Sequence record: GQ981382
Reading direction: 5' to 3' (one strand)
DNA length: 64,000 nucleotides
Origin: Shigella phage SP18
A model generated the notes under the pieces. That model ran no database searches. It saw only the letters and a list, made by a program, of their open reading frames with translations, and was not told the DNA's origin. Made by a program: the position numbers and the translations under genes. The first letter of the stretch is position 1; every line of letters begins with the position of its first letter. Shown here in pieces: positions 18,894 to 28,172 of the stretch.

Positions 18894-19151
18894 TCATCTC
18901 ATGCTCCTGTGCCAGCAATTTCGTGGCTCACGTTTAAAAATTTTGTCGTGCATTGATTGACAACCAACACAATATATCACACCTTTAATCGCTTGTCTCC
19001 GCGCTTCAGGAATTTTTTCGTCGCAGTCAAAACAGAATTCAGCAGACTCCCTTTCAACTGCAACTTGCGCTCTCGCATGGGTGATAGCGGCTTGGACAAC
19101 CGCTTCCATCTCTAACTGTTCAGCACCATCTTTTGCAAATCCAACAGCCAT
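18894..19151 (-). CDS. Zinc-finger protein, DksA/TraR-like C4 type
   Basis: CFDC-x17-CVGC arrangement. Confidence 0.45.
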   Translation of the reverse strand: MAVGFAKDGAEQLEMEAVVQAAITHARAQVAVERESAEFCFDCDEKIPEARRQAIKGVIYCVGCQSMHDKIFKREPRNCWHRSMR

Positions 19152-19333
19152 TATTCTTTCAACTCATTCAGATACTCAACCAAGGCTGCTTTAGAGTTAG
19201 CCAAATCTCGTTTACACTGTTCTATTCCAGAATATGAATAACCTTCACAATATTCAACAGCCAGGTCATTGGATGCATTTTCAATGTGCCAGGCGAGTTT
19301 GATAATTTTTTCAATCTGTTCAGTAGTTAACAT
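19151..19333 (-). CDS. Hypothetical protein (60 aa)
   Basis: ORF track. Confidence 0.4.
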   Translation of the reverse strand: MLTTEQIEKIIKLAWHIENASNDLAVEYCEGYSYSGIEQCKRDLANSKAALVEYLNELKE

Positions 19334-19337
19334 AATA

Positions 19338-19574
19338 TCACCAGTATTTTTTGATGGTAGAAATTAATTCTTGGACTTGAGTGTTCTTCAGCTTGCACCC
19401 ACAACCTTTTAAGGTGTCTTTAAGGAGCCATGGTTCCTTGAGCTCGTCCTTTTCCAGGCGGATTCTATATCCTCTGTAATCAGCAAATATGCTTCCGTCA
19501 TCAAATATCTTAATTTCAAGAATATGATTATTGGTTTCATATTCCAATGAAACCATGGTATTTGTAAGTTTCAT
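19338..19574 (-). CDS. Hypothetical protein (78 aa)
   Basis: ORF track. Confidence 0.4.
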   Translation of the reverse strand: MKLTNTMVSLEYETNNHILEIKIFDDGSIFADYRGYRIRLEKDELKEPWLLKDTLKGCGCKLKNTQVQELISTIKKYW

Positions 19575-19777
19575 TATTCCACCACATATGATAATGAGAA
19601 AATTGCTGATGAAAGATGGGTAGCATCTTCTTCACACAGTTCAAATGGAGCTTTCTGTAAGAGTTCAACCACTTCTTCATCAGTGGCACTGTCCATAAAG
19701 ATTGCATAATCATTAAGATAGATAACAACCTCATCACCAGTATTAACTGCATCAATCTTGATATTTTTAATTCTCAT
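19574..19777 (-). CDS. Hypothetical acidic protein (67 aa)
   Basis: ORF track; ATG at 19777 preceded by GAGGAGAACAC and a promoter cassette at 19781-19810. Confidence 0.45.
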   Translation of the reverse strand: MRIKNIKIDAVNTGDEVVIYLNDYAIFMDSATDEEVVELLQKAPFELCEEDATHLSSAIFSLSYVVE

Positions 19778-19839
19778 TGTGTTCTCCTCAGTAGTTGATG
19801 GGATAATAGTACACCCTTTTTATGGTGTTGTAAACCCCC

Positions 19840-19872
19840 TAAATGAAAAAAGGTCCACCCGAAGGCAGACCT
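19840..19872 (-). terminator. Hairpin terminator, possibly bidirectional
   Basis: aaaaaaggtccacccgaaggcagaccttttg; A-run on one side and T-run on the other. Confidence 0.4.
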
Positions 19873-19878
19873 TTTGAA

Positions 19879-20262
19879 TTACTCTAATGTTAACAGATAC
19901 TTAGTCTGAAAGAAAACTCCAACGATATCGTCCAGGGTCGATTGAATAGCCTTGGGTACAACTTTATAGACTCTTTCCGAGCTTTTAATCATTTCATCTA
20001 AAAACAAAATTGTATCTTTCGGCAAGTCCGAGGCGGACGGTAATGCAGCTTTGTATTGTTTCCCGCTGTAACCTAACCATTGCTCACTGAACTGGTCGAG
20101 TGGACCTTGGATTTCTGTGAAGTAGAAATCATAAGCTTTATGGCGGGCGTAACTTTTGGTTTCAAGATGGGCGGACTTAAAATAAGCCAAAGAGACTAAC
20201 AACCACCCAATATATGAATCCACCTCAGACCCACGACCCGTTACGAAATCATCAAATTTCAT
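19879..20262 (-). CDS. Hypothetical protein (rI.-1 position)
   Basis: 127-aa ORF directly downstream of the rI-like gene. Confidence 0.45.
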   Translation of the reverse strand: MKFDDFVTGRGSEVDSYIGWLLVSLAYFKSAHLETKSYARHKAYDFYFTEIQGPLDQFSEQWLGYSGKQYKAALPSASDLPKDTILFLDEMIKSSERVYKVVPKAIQSTLDDIVGVFFQTKYLLTLE

Positions 20263-20545
20263 CTTCCAATTTTACCTTCATTAATTTAGCGTACTCTCTC
20301 GCCGCAGCTTTACCATCGCTTTTGCAGGTAATTTCAGTTTCGCATTGGCTTTTGTTGTTCCATTCAGTCTTGATAAACGCCCAGAACTGTTCGGATTGGT
20401 GTACGCTTGGTTCTTTGAATTGCGAATAAATCTTCATCGCACTATCTGCATATTGGGTAAACTTCCCATCTGTTGCAGAGGACAGATTTGGACCTAAACA
20501 GCCCAGGATTATTAGACTTAATGAAAGTCCTCGAATAAGGTCCAT
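20252..20545 (-). CDS. rI: Lysis inhibition regulator RI-like membrane protein
   Basis: 97 aa; N-terminal signal anchor; HQSEQFWAFIKTEW...CETEITC...AREYAKLMKVKLEDEI resembles recalled T4 RI; adjacent to tk as in T4. Confidence 0.65.
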   Translation of the reverse strand: MDLIRGLSLSLIILGCLGPNLSSATDGKFTQYADSAMKIYSQFKEPSVHQSEQFWAFIKTEWNNKSQCETEITCKSDGKAAAREYAKLMKVKLEDEI

Positions 20546-20617
20546 AAGGACTCCTATTGTTGGTCATGATTACGCTTTGCAGCCTTAACATAGCGGAATA
20601 CTAGTTAGTAACTGTAT

Positions 20618-20893
20618 TTATAGACGTTTAAAATTAAAGCAGTACTCTGAAAATAAACCTGCAAAATTACGTTCAACCCAGACCCGTTGTTTTGGACTGG
20701 TGACCGTTGACAAATAGTATGCTTGTTGCAGGCTTATTCCGTTTTTATTGGGGCACTCTTTGTTGAACGAGTGATAGGTACTTGCAACGATTTCGACTTC
20801 GCGCTCATACCTTTCCTGGTCCTGTTGCATAGGAACAAAAACCAAAACCAGGAATATCAAAATAGAGATATACGTCCAAACCTTGTATACCAT
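20618..20893 (-). CDS. Small membrane protein (rI.1 position)
   Basis: 91 aa; N-terminal hydrophobic helix; between tk and rI. Confidence 0.45.
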   Translation of the reverse strand: MVYKVWTYISILIFLVLVFVPMQQDQERYEREVEIVASTYHSFNKECPNKNGISLQQAYYLSTVTSPKQRVWVERNFAGLFSEYCFNFKRL

Positions 20894-20900
20894 GTGAACC

Positions 20901-21473
20901 TCAGCTTGTTAATTCGAGCCAATGTTTTCTGCACAAAGATACGTACGATTCATTCCCACCGACCAATACTTGCTCGCCGTCCTTTACAGCAGCACCGTCG
21001 ATTACTCGAGCGGTCATGGTTGCTTTCCGGCCGCAATGGCAGACGCCCTTTAATTCAACCAGTTTATCCGAAATAGCCAGAAGTCTGGCCGAACCGGGAA
21101 ATAATTGACCCCGAAAATCTGTTCTTAACCCGTAACACATAACGGGGATATTGTAATTATCAACCACTTGAGCTAACTGGTCAATTTGCTCTGGTAACAA
21201 AAATTGAGCTTCATCGACCAGGACACAATGGATATCCTTTTGAGACTCGGCCCATTTATAGAATTCAAACAGGTTCATGTCGGCCGTTACCAGGTTTGCT
21301 TCCTGGCTAATACCGATGCGTGATTTAATTTCGCCTTCCGAGTCCCGATTATCAATAACAGGTTTTAGCAAAAGCACACTCATTCCACGCTCTTTATAGG
21401 AATAAGCTGCAGTCAGCAATGAAGCTGTTTTGCCTGCATTCATTGCTGCGTAATGATAAATTAAACTCGCCAT
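20901..21473 (-). CDS. tk: Thymidine kinase
   Basis: 190 aa; P-loop NAGKTASLL, VDEAQFL and C-terminal CxxC zinc motif CHCGRKAT. Confidence 0.92.
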   Translation of the reverse strand: MASLIYHYAAMNAGKTASLLTAAYSYKERGMSVLLLKPVIDNRDSEGEIKSRIGISQEANLVTADMNLFEFYKWAESQKDIHCVLVDEAQFLLPEQIDQLAQVVDNYNIPVMCYGLRTDFRGQLFPGSARLLAISDKLVELKGVCHCGRKATMTARVIDGAAVKDGEQVLVGGNESYVSLCRKHWLELTS

Positions 21474-21482
21474 ATCACCTTC

Positions 21483-21668
21483 TTAAAGCGTATTCACATA
21501 AGCTATTAATTCGTTTTCTTTCGCATCAAATCGATTAGCAAATTCTTCCTGATGTTCGGCATCTATTGGACCGTATTCATCATAAAAGGCGTTTGCTTCT
21601 GTATGCTCATCCAAAAGCTCATGGATAAGCTCAAATAATCTACTTTTCTGACTAATGCTTAAACTCAT
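21483..21668 (-). CDS. Hypothetical acidic protein (61 aa)
   Basis: ORF track. Confidence 0.4.
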   Translation of the reverse strand: MSLSISQKSRLFELIHELLDEHTEANAFYDEYGPIDAEHQEEFANRFDAKENELIAYVNTL

Positions 21669-21892
21669 TTCGGTTCCCCATATCGCACAAATTTAGGATG
21701 TTCGCAATAACCAGAATGAAAACCTTCACCCTTATGATTGGAACACCCTTTATTGGAACAGTACCACCAGTAATCATATTCGCAATTCATTTCATCGTTG
21801 CATAAAGCTGCGATTACTGGCCATTCACATTTTTCACATTTGGCCGTTTTAAGAATTCGGGCTTGGCTCATAACCATTGCACCTTTAAGCAA
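21665..21892 (-). CDS. Cys-rich putative zinc-binding protein (75 aa)
   Basis: CEKCEW...CNDEMNCEYDYWWYCSNKGCSNHKGEGFHSGYCEH. Confidence 0.4.
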   Translation of the reverse strand: MLKGAMVMSQARILKTAKCEKCEWPVIAALCNDEMNCEYDYWWYCSNKGCSNHKGEGFHSGYCEHPKFVRYGEPK

Positions 21893-22080
21893 TATTCTTC
21901 TACGTGCTGTTTACGTTTATTTTTATCTATAAAAGTATATTCAACATATTCACCGATATACCATTTATCAGTGTTGTGTTGACTTTTTATAGGACATTTG
22001 GTTACTCGAGTTTCGGTCCAGCGTCGAATAATTTCCGCTTTGTTTTTAGGGTCAAACGGATGTGGGTAATGTGCTTTCAT
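21868..22080 (-). CDS. Hypothetical protein (70 aa)
   Basis: ORF track. Confidence 0.4.
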   Translation of the reverse strand: MKAHYPHPFDPKNKAEIIRRWTETRVTKCPIKSQHNTDKWYIGEYVEYTFIDKNKRKQHVEEYCLKVQWL

Positions 22081-22531
22081 AATCCACCACTATTAAATCA
22101 ATGTCAGGAGTAAACATATCAATTAATTGAGATACCTTATCCCAATCACCACCAGCAATACCACAACCAATACGTGGAATATAAATTACCGGTTTAAACA
22201 AAAGGGTTTCTGCTTGTAGATTTAATTCTATCATACAATTTACTAAAGCGCCATAATCAAGATTAGGGCCTGGTTCGTATTGCGTATACAAGTTATAGCA
22301 CATGCCAAAACCTGTAGGCTTATGTTTAAAAACAATAGACATATCGCCTAATTTATCACGAGAACCGTATTCAGTAGTGGTTTTATCTATTTCTAAAACT
22401 TTTGGATAAGCCTTCGCCAACTGTCCAGCTACACCGGAACCCATTGTATGAAAGCAGTTGCAACCATGTGCAATAATATTGCCTTGAAGAAAGAGGGCGA
22501 CGATATCGCCCTTAATATACTGGGTAATCAT
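22052..22531 (-). CDS. Macro-domain protein (ADP-ribose binding/processing)
   Basis: 159 aa; Gly-rich nucleotide-binding signature HGCNCFHTMGSGVAGQLA and GCGIAGGDW typical of macro domains. Confidence 0.6.
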   Translation of the reverse strand: MITQYIKGDIVALFLQGNIIAHGCNCFHTMGSGVAGQLAKAYPKVLEIDKTTTEYGSRDKLGDMSIVFKHKPTGFGMCYNLYTQYEPGPNLDYGALVNCMIELNLQAETLLFKPVIYIPRIGCGIAGGDWDKVSQLIDMFTPDIDLIVVDYESTLPTSV

Positions 22532-22887
22532 TTAGAGTTCAATCCTCTATTATATGAATCCACTAACCTGTCAACCATACTGGTGCAGGCCGCCTTGTAT
22601 TTTGCACTTGATAGAATGCAATCCATTTCAAATAATTTCTTTTCATATTTGTTGGATAATACATTCTTTTTCAAAAGCGTATGTTCAACATCATTTTGAC
22701 CATCTTTATAGGCTGCGGTGAGCTTGGCACTGAACTGGATTATACAATCCACATTGCTTGCTGCGCAATAATCTTTAGCCGTCCTCGTTGCATATTCTAT
22801 GATGCTGTTGTTGTCGTCGCTCTGTACTGAAGCTATTCCTCCCATGCTGAATACTAACCCTATGACTAAAGTGATAACTCTTACCAT
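22528..22887 (-). CDS. Secreted/periplasmic hypothetical protein (119 aa)
   Basis: N-terminal signal-like VITLVIGLVFSMGGIASV. Confidence 0.45.
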   Translation of the reverse strand: MVRVITLVIGLVFSMGGIASVQSDDNNSIIEYATRTAKDYCAASNVDCIIQFSAKLTAAYKDGQNDVEHTLLKKNVLSNKYEKKLFEMDCILSSAKYKAACTSMVDRLVDSYNRGLNSK

Positions 22888-22889
22888 TT

Positions 22890-23432
22890 TTAATCCACCG
22901 TTTTTAATAGGCCTCGTGATTTTAAGTAGTTAGCTTTTTCTAGGACCTGTGAAGCATACTTATTACCAGCTTTCACATTCCATCCTGCGTTATATGATGA
23001 TAGCGTTTTTCTTATATCCCCCTTATGAATATTCAACCAGTATGAAAGCTCAATATAAGCCCAGCGTGCACTGTTCTCTCTCTTGCTTATCATCTTGATT
23101 ATTTCTTTATCTGTCATTGTCCACCCAACCTGTTTCACTCGTTCGCGTACGGTTGGAAGATAATTTTGGAATATACCATATGCATGATGCTTATCTTTAT
23201 TTAATCCAGTATTAACCCCAGCAGAACTTTCCTGCCAGGTTAAACCAGCCATGATATATCCCAAACCATTACGTTGGTGTGGATTTTCTTTGTACTTGCC
23301 ATTTTTCTGGAACTGTTCTCCAAACGCATAAGCATATTGAAGGTTCTCCATTTGTTCATTACTGAAAGTAGGCTCTACGCTATGGGCAGACATACTAACT
23401 GTCAATAGTAAGGTGGCGATTACTTTTTTCAT
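22890..23432 (-). CDS. Secreted lytic-transglycosylase-like (SLT-domain) protein
   Basis: Signal peptide MKKVIATLLLTVSMSAHS; SLT-like motifs ES, GIFQ and YNAG. Confidence 0.45.
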   Translation of the reverse strand: MKKVIATLLLTVSMSAHSVEPTFSNEQMENLQYAYAFGEQFQKNGKYKENPHQRNGLGYIMAGLTWQESSAGVNTGLNKDKHHAYGIFQNYLPTVRERVKQVGWTMTDKEIIKMISKRENSARWAYIELSYWLNIHKGDIRKTLSSYNAGWNVKAGNKYASQVLEKANYLKSRGLLKTVD

Positions 23433-23442
23433 GAATTCCCCA

Positions 23443-23901
23443 TTAGATATAAATCACTTTTGTGCTAATTTTTCCTTCCAGACGATTAGAGTTAACAAAC
23501 GCCATACGACAACACATGGTTGGAGACTTCCCAGGAATAGCTGGATTAACTGTCATTCCTAACCATAGGTTCTTGTCTGTGATTTCCAGACGAAGTGGAC
23601 GGTAGTTCACATTCGGGTCAATTTGTGCTTCAACTTCCGGGAGTGGTTTCATCTCCAGGAATTCAACGATTTCTTTTACATGTGGTGTGATTTTTCCAAA
23701 CAAGTCAAAAACATATTGTTCATCAATTTCACGTTGGATTGCACGGTCCAATAGGTGTGGACTGTACTTAATGAAGAATACTTCAAGGCCTGCTTCTTTA
23801 CAAGCCTTGTTGATAGCATTATTAATTTTGAGGAACTCCGTTTCAAAAATGCGACGAAGTTTATTGCGGCGAATGTAAACACTTGAATCGATAGTAGTCA
23901 T
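23443..23901 (-). CDS. regB: RegB site-specific endoribonuclease
   Basis: From internal Met: MTTIDSSVYIRRNKLRRIFETEF...YSPHLLDRAIQREIDEQYVFDLF...RLEITDKNLWLG...CCRMA matches recalled T4 RegB; GGAG ribosome site before ATG 23901. Confidence 0.85.
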   Translation of the reverse strand: MTTIDSSVYIRRNKLRRIFETEFLKINNAINKACKEAGLEVFFIKYSPHLLDRAIQREIDEQYVFDLFGKITPHVKEIVEFLEMKPLPEVEAQIDPNVNYRPLRLEITDKNLWLGMTVNPAIPGKSPTMCCRMAFVNSNRLEGKISTKVIYI

Positions 23902-23950
23902 GATTATCTCCTTTTGTTTGATGGGATAATCATAACTCATTTCAATCTGC
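23902..23950 (-). promoter_or_regulatory. Early-promoter cassette (PeSL-like) upstream of regB
   Basis: gtttgatgggataatcat...cttgtacactac shared core. Confidence 0.4.
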
Positions 23951-23957
23951 TTGTACA

Positions 23958-24537
<580 letters not shown>

Positions 24538-24541
<4 letters not shown>

Positions 24542-24771
24542 TTCACTTCCTCGCCAGTTGCGATATCATATTCTACCAAACGAAGGCCTTCAGTCCAACC
24601 TTGCACGGAGATATAGGTAGACGGGTAAATCATTTCTTTACCATTCCACCGACCGCCATCCCAGACTTCCAGAAAGTCTTGTTCACCTGGTCCATTAAAC
24701 CATTCAACAAATCTTTTCAGAGCTTCATCAGAGCCTTCAATTGTCAATTTAGACATATTTTTTCCAGTCAC
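24538..24771 (-). CDS. Hypothetical protein (77 aa)
   Basis: ORF track. Confidence 0.45.
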
Positions 24772-25045
24772 TAATTAATCGCACATCCTGGTCATAGGTC
24801 AGGAGGCTACGAGTGATAATACCCTTACACGGTCCAGAAATAAATTCCAGAGTAAAGTAAGGAACCTGTTTCATTAATCGGATACTTGGAGCATGACATC
24901 TAAAACGAGAGCCCTTAAAGGGCCCTGACATGAATACATATTCTAATGGATAGAAATAAGCATATTCAAAATTTGTAGTAAGGTCCTCTCTTCGGACCTT
25001 ACGTGAGAAATAACAGAACTCAAAAAGTTCTTCATCAGTCATCAT
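24749..25045 (-). CDS. Hypothetical protein (98 aa)
   Basis: ORF track. Confidence 0.45.
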   Translation of the reverse strand: MMTDEELFEFCYFSRKVRREDLTTNFEYAYFYPLEYVFMSGPFKGSRFRCHAPSIRLMKQVPYFTLEFISGPCKGIITRSLLTYDQDVRLISDWKKYV

Positions 25046-25569
25046 TGCATTCCTATCACAAAGAACAGTGGCAGAGGTTTAGAACCTTGGCACATAAATT
25101 TATTCATCATTGTCTGATAAGCTTCATAGAACTTATCCATCGCTGGTAGGCGAATAGGCTCTTCAATAATAATCAATAATCGGGTAACAGACAGTCCACG
25201 ATATTTGTGAAAATGATCTTCATCTAAAAATGAACGAACAGTATCATATACAACAAAACCAGGTCGTTCAACATTAAGATGTGGCTGTGCTTTAGAAACC
25301 CGCTTTATTATATCACAGATTTCTCGTGAGCGATGCGAAGAACTCGACATAACAATCACATCATTACCTTTGGAAACCCAATCCGCAGCAAACTGTGCAA
25401 TGGCACTTGTTTTACCTGTTTGTCGCCCACCGTCAAGTCTCAGAGTGCCAAACTCTTGCATTCTTGAAGCGGGTTCATACCAGGTGTATTGGTCTGAATC
25501 TAAACGTTCAATGGCGCGTTCAGCGAAGGCGTGCATTAAGGTTAGATAAATGGGAGTTAAAAATTTCAT
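25042..25569 (-). CDS. Small P-loop NTPase-like protein (175 aa)
   Basis: Walker A-like GGRQTGKTS, hydrophobic-stretch-plus-acidic LLIIIEEP resembling Walker B. Confidence 0.45.
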   Translation of the reverse strand: MKFLTPIYLTLMHAFAERAIERLDSDQYTWYEPASRMQEFGTLRLDGGRQTGKTSAIAQFAADWVSKGNDVIVMSSSSHRSREICDIIKRVSKAQPHLNVERPGFVVYDTVRSFLDEDHFHKYRGLSVTRLLIIIEEPIRLPAMDKFYEAYQTMMNKFMCQGSKPLPLFFVIGMQ

Positions 25570-25730
25570 AATTGTCTCTTAGTTGGTGGGGCCGTTCCTT
25601 GGCACATAATTCATCCATGTATCCGTATGTAAACCCTTTACCGCACTTGGGCTCGACCTTATTACAGGTAGGGAAAGGTCCATCACTCAGAGGACGCGAC
25701 GTTCATGAGGAGAGGGCCGGCTTGCCTTTA

Positions 25731-26030
25731 TTAGAAAGAACCAGAGCCTTTAATTGTGTTCTGGCGACCTTTATTTTCTAATTCAGAATGGTCAATTTCA
25801 TATGCTTGTGCTACACCAAAAGCCTTTTTAACTTTAGCTAAAGAACCTTTAGATGTAACAATATTAAAAGTATTACCTTTGGTAAAATCAACCAAATCCA
25901 CTTGTACACCTTGTTTACCGAGGCTTGCGACAATAGCATCAACATATTGTTGGTCTAAATTGCCCTGGACTCCAATTTGGAATGCTTTAGGAGCTTTAGC
26001 TTCTGTGATAAATTCTTGATAAGTTTTCAT
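25731..26030 (-). CDS. Internal-protein-like capsid-targeted protein (MKTYQEFITE N-terminus)
   Basis: N-terminus MKTYQEFITEAK matches the T4 IPI/IPII/IPIII capsid targeting sequence with a protease-type ITE site. Confidence 0.7.
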   Translation of the reverse strand: MKTYQEFITEAKAPKAFQIGVQGNLDQQYVDAIVASLGKQGVQVDLVDFTKGNTFNIVTSKGSLAKVKKAFGVAQAYEIDHSELENKGRQNTIKGSGSF

Positions 26031-26038
26031 TTATTCTC

Positions 26039-26078
26039 TCCAAGTTGATGGGATAATTATGCACTATCCCATCAAAAA
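26039..26078 (-). promoter_or_regulatory. Early-promoter/stem-loop cassette (PeSL-like)
   Basis: 9-bp inverted repeat gatgggata/tatcccatc with minus-sense TATAAT-like loop. Confidence 0.45.
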
Positions 26079-26086
26079 GTAAACAG

Positions 26087-26350
26087 TTATGCTTTACCGC
26101 CAGAAACAATACCAAAGGTCTCAAAGTCCCATTCAATATCGTCAACATCAACTTTCTTACCAGCAACCACGAATGCGATTTCGCGACGTTTTGCATAGGT
26201 GACAATTTCTTTACCGTCACCACCAAAGAAAGAATAACCATTGCGCTTCATGGTGCCAAAGTCTTCAGCATCACCAGCAAACGCGCGGACTTTAAAGGAA
26301 CCGGCAGGAGCTTTAGTAGATTCAGTAATAAATTCTTGATAAGTTTTCAT
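26087..26350 (-). CDS. Internal-protein-like capsid-targeted protein
   Basis: N-terminus MKTYQEFITESTKA. Confidence 0.7.
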   Translation of the reverse strand: MKTYQEFITESTKAPAGSFKVRAFAGDAEDFGTMKRNGYSFFGGDGKEIVTYAKRREIAFVVAGKKVDVDDIEWDFETFGIVSGGKA

Positions 26351-26363
26351 AATGTCTCTTTAA

Positions 26364-26678
26364 TTACTCTTTAGGGAAATCGCGCAAAAACGCATCATAA
26401 AGTTTATTACCAATGCGACGGAATGCTTTTGCCGCATGAACGTTATCCGGATTTGCAATTTTAATTTGCATTACATGACTACCGGCCCATGATTTGGCTT
26501 CATCATAATAGCCTTTAATTTCTTTAATAGTCTTACGTTTTCCGCCAGGACCATCAACAGTAATTTTCCACGAACCGGTGCTTGTTTCACTTGGTGGGGT
26601 TAATTGTTCAATCCAGACATAACCGCCTTCAACACGTTTTTGGGTAGATTCAGTAATAAATTCTTGATAAGTTTTCAT
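26364..26678 (-). CDS. Internal-protein-like capsid-targeted protein
   Basis: Start moved to internal Met giving MKTYQEFITESTQ; conserved leader DNA cagtaataaattcttgataagttttcat. Confidence 0.65.
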   Translation of the reverse strand: MKTYQEFITESTQKRVEGGYVWIEQLTPPSETSTGSWKITVDGPGGKRKTIKEIKGYYDEAKSWAGSHVMQIKIANPDNVHAAKAFRRIGNKLYDAFLRDFPKE

Positions 26679-26726
26679 TTTATATTCCATTGTTTGGTTG
26701 ATAAAATCATTATACAACCTTTTTAG

Positions 26727-27143
26727 TTAAGCGTACACAGCTTTCCCATAGTATTTGTACCAGGTAGGCTTTTGAGAAATTTTCTCATTCAGTCTGGCTT
26801 GACTGATTTTAATTGACCAGATTGATGGTTGATAATCATTCTTCCATTCATCAGGAATATCATTTAAATCTTGGGTAGAAATATCTTTTATGTTAAACCC
26901 TCGCTTTAAACATTCCGCAATAAGTTCTTGATGACGGTTTTTAAGGAACAAAAGTTTATCATAAAAGAAGGTGACATGACCAGTCCCTAGAAGAAAAGAT
27001 GATGGGATTTTAAAGTCAGAAACCTTTTTACCATTTTGTACATGCTTACGAACAGCACCAAAAACGCGAGGAAGCTCACGATATTCAGCCATAAGATGTT
27101 GGTCAGCAAGTTCAGATACCAGAGTTAAATTAATGCGAGTCAT
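26727..27143 (-). CDS. denV: Endonuclease V (pyrimidine-dimer DNA glycosylase) DenV
   Basis: 138 aa; [35 protein letters not shown]...[13 protein letters not shown] nearly identical to recalled T4 DenV. Confidence 0.93.
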   Translation of the reverse strand: MTRINLTLVSELADQHLMAEYRELPRVFGAVRKHVQNGKKVSDFKIPSSFLLGTGHVTFFYDKLLFLKNRHQELIAECLKRGFNIKDISTQDLNDIPDEWKNDYQPSIWSIKISQARLNEKISQKPTWYKYYGKAVYA

Positions 27144-27150
27144 GTTTGTT

Positions 27151-27198
27151 CTCCGTAGTTGATAGGGTCATTATAACCCTACCATTTGGAGATGTACA
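27151..27198 (-). promoter_or_regulatory. Early-promoter/stem-loop cassette (PeSL-like) upstream of denV
   Basis: gtagttgatagggtcattataaccct...gatgtacactaat. Confidence 0.4.
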
Positions 27199-27687
27199 CT
27201 AATATGCGTCAAAAGTTCCAGTACGGAAAGTTTCGATAACTCGTTTGGCTCGGTTCGGAGTCTGGACTTTATACCATCTCGAGTCGGCCAGTTCCTTAGC
27301 GGCGGCTTCCCATGATTTAGCCTTCAGCAATCGCATACCCTTAGGAAAACCAGCAACACCAGCAACACCCATCTGGAATACCATATTAATGAGCGCACAC
27401 CGACGGACTTCATCCAGTACATCATAAACAGGTTTTAAGACAGGATGCCTCAAGATTCCAGCTTTAGCCTTTTCGACCGAACGGTTAAACAGTGTTTCAG
27501 CTTCGTGCTGGGTTATACGGCCATTACAGACACGACCCATGAGCTTGTCGAGCTCGGCACGAGCAACATCTTTTGATGGGTTCTTAGTTATCAGTTGCCC
27601 GATACCAATGGTCCAAAAGCCTTCGGTATCTTTATACAAATCCAACTTACAACCTTCATCTATGCGTAACATTTCGAATATATTCAT
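27199..27687 (-). CDS. e: Endolysin (T4 lysozyme e)
   Basis: 162 aa; [58 protein letters not shown] match recalled T4 lysozyme. Confidence 0.93.
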   Translation of the reverse strand: MNIFEMLRIDEGCKLDLYKDTEGFWTIGIGQLITKNPSKDVARAELDKLMGRVCNGRITQHEAETLFNRSVEKAKAGILRHPVLKPVYDVLDEVRRCALINMVFQMGVAGVAGFPKGMRLLKAKSWEAAAKELADSRWYKVQTPNRAKRVIETFRTGTFDAY

Positions 27688-27713
27688 AATACCCCCTTAT
27701 ATAGGGGTATTTA

Positions 27714-28172
27714 TTATCCGAAAATTTGAGTCAGTACCTTATACATCGATTTGCCCATCACGTACTGCCATTGGCTCGGTTTAATCAGAGCAAACGCATC
27801 AAACTCTGGGACCGAACTGCCATCCGGGAAGGTATGATAGGCAGAGCATTTACTATGTCTGAACTGCTCATGCTCGACCGGAACCGTGTACAAAAACAGG
27901 TGAAGGTTTTTATTATCTGAATAACGGAACTCACCGAGGTCTTTTAAGAATGCTGGGTCATATTGGGTAAACCCGGTTTCTTCTTCGGTTTCACGGATAG
28001 CAGCTTCAATCGGGGATTCATCAGCTTCAACATGACCCTTAGGGATGTCCCATTTGTGCGCAGGCATACCTGGTTTACGAGAACCGGTCACACGACCCAT
28101 GAATAACTCTTTATCTTCAGTCATGAAAATAATGCCAGCAGATAATTCTTTCACCTTGTTTTTCTTACTCAT
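27714..28172 (-). CDS. nudE: Nudix hydrolase NudE
   Basis: Nudix box GHVEADESPIEAAIRETEEETG; position next to e as in T4. Confidence 0.85.
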   Translation of the reverse strand: MSKKNKVKELSAGIIFMTEDKELFMGRVTGSRKPGMPAHKWDIPKGHVEADESPIEAAIRETEEETGFTQYDPAFLKDLGEFRYSDNKNLHLFLYTVPVEHEQFRHSKCSAYHTFPDGSSVPEFDAFALIKPSQWQYVMGKSMYKVLTQIFG

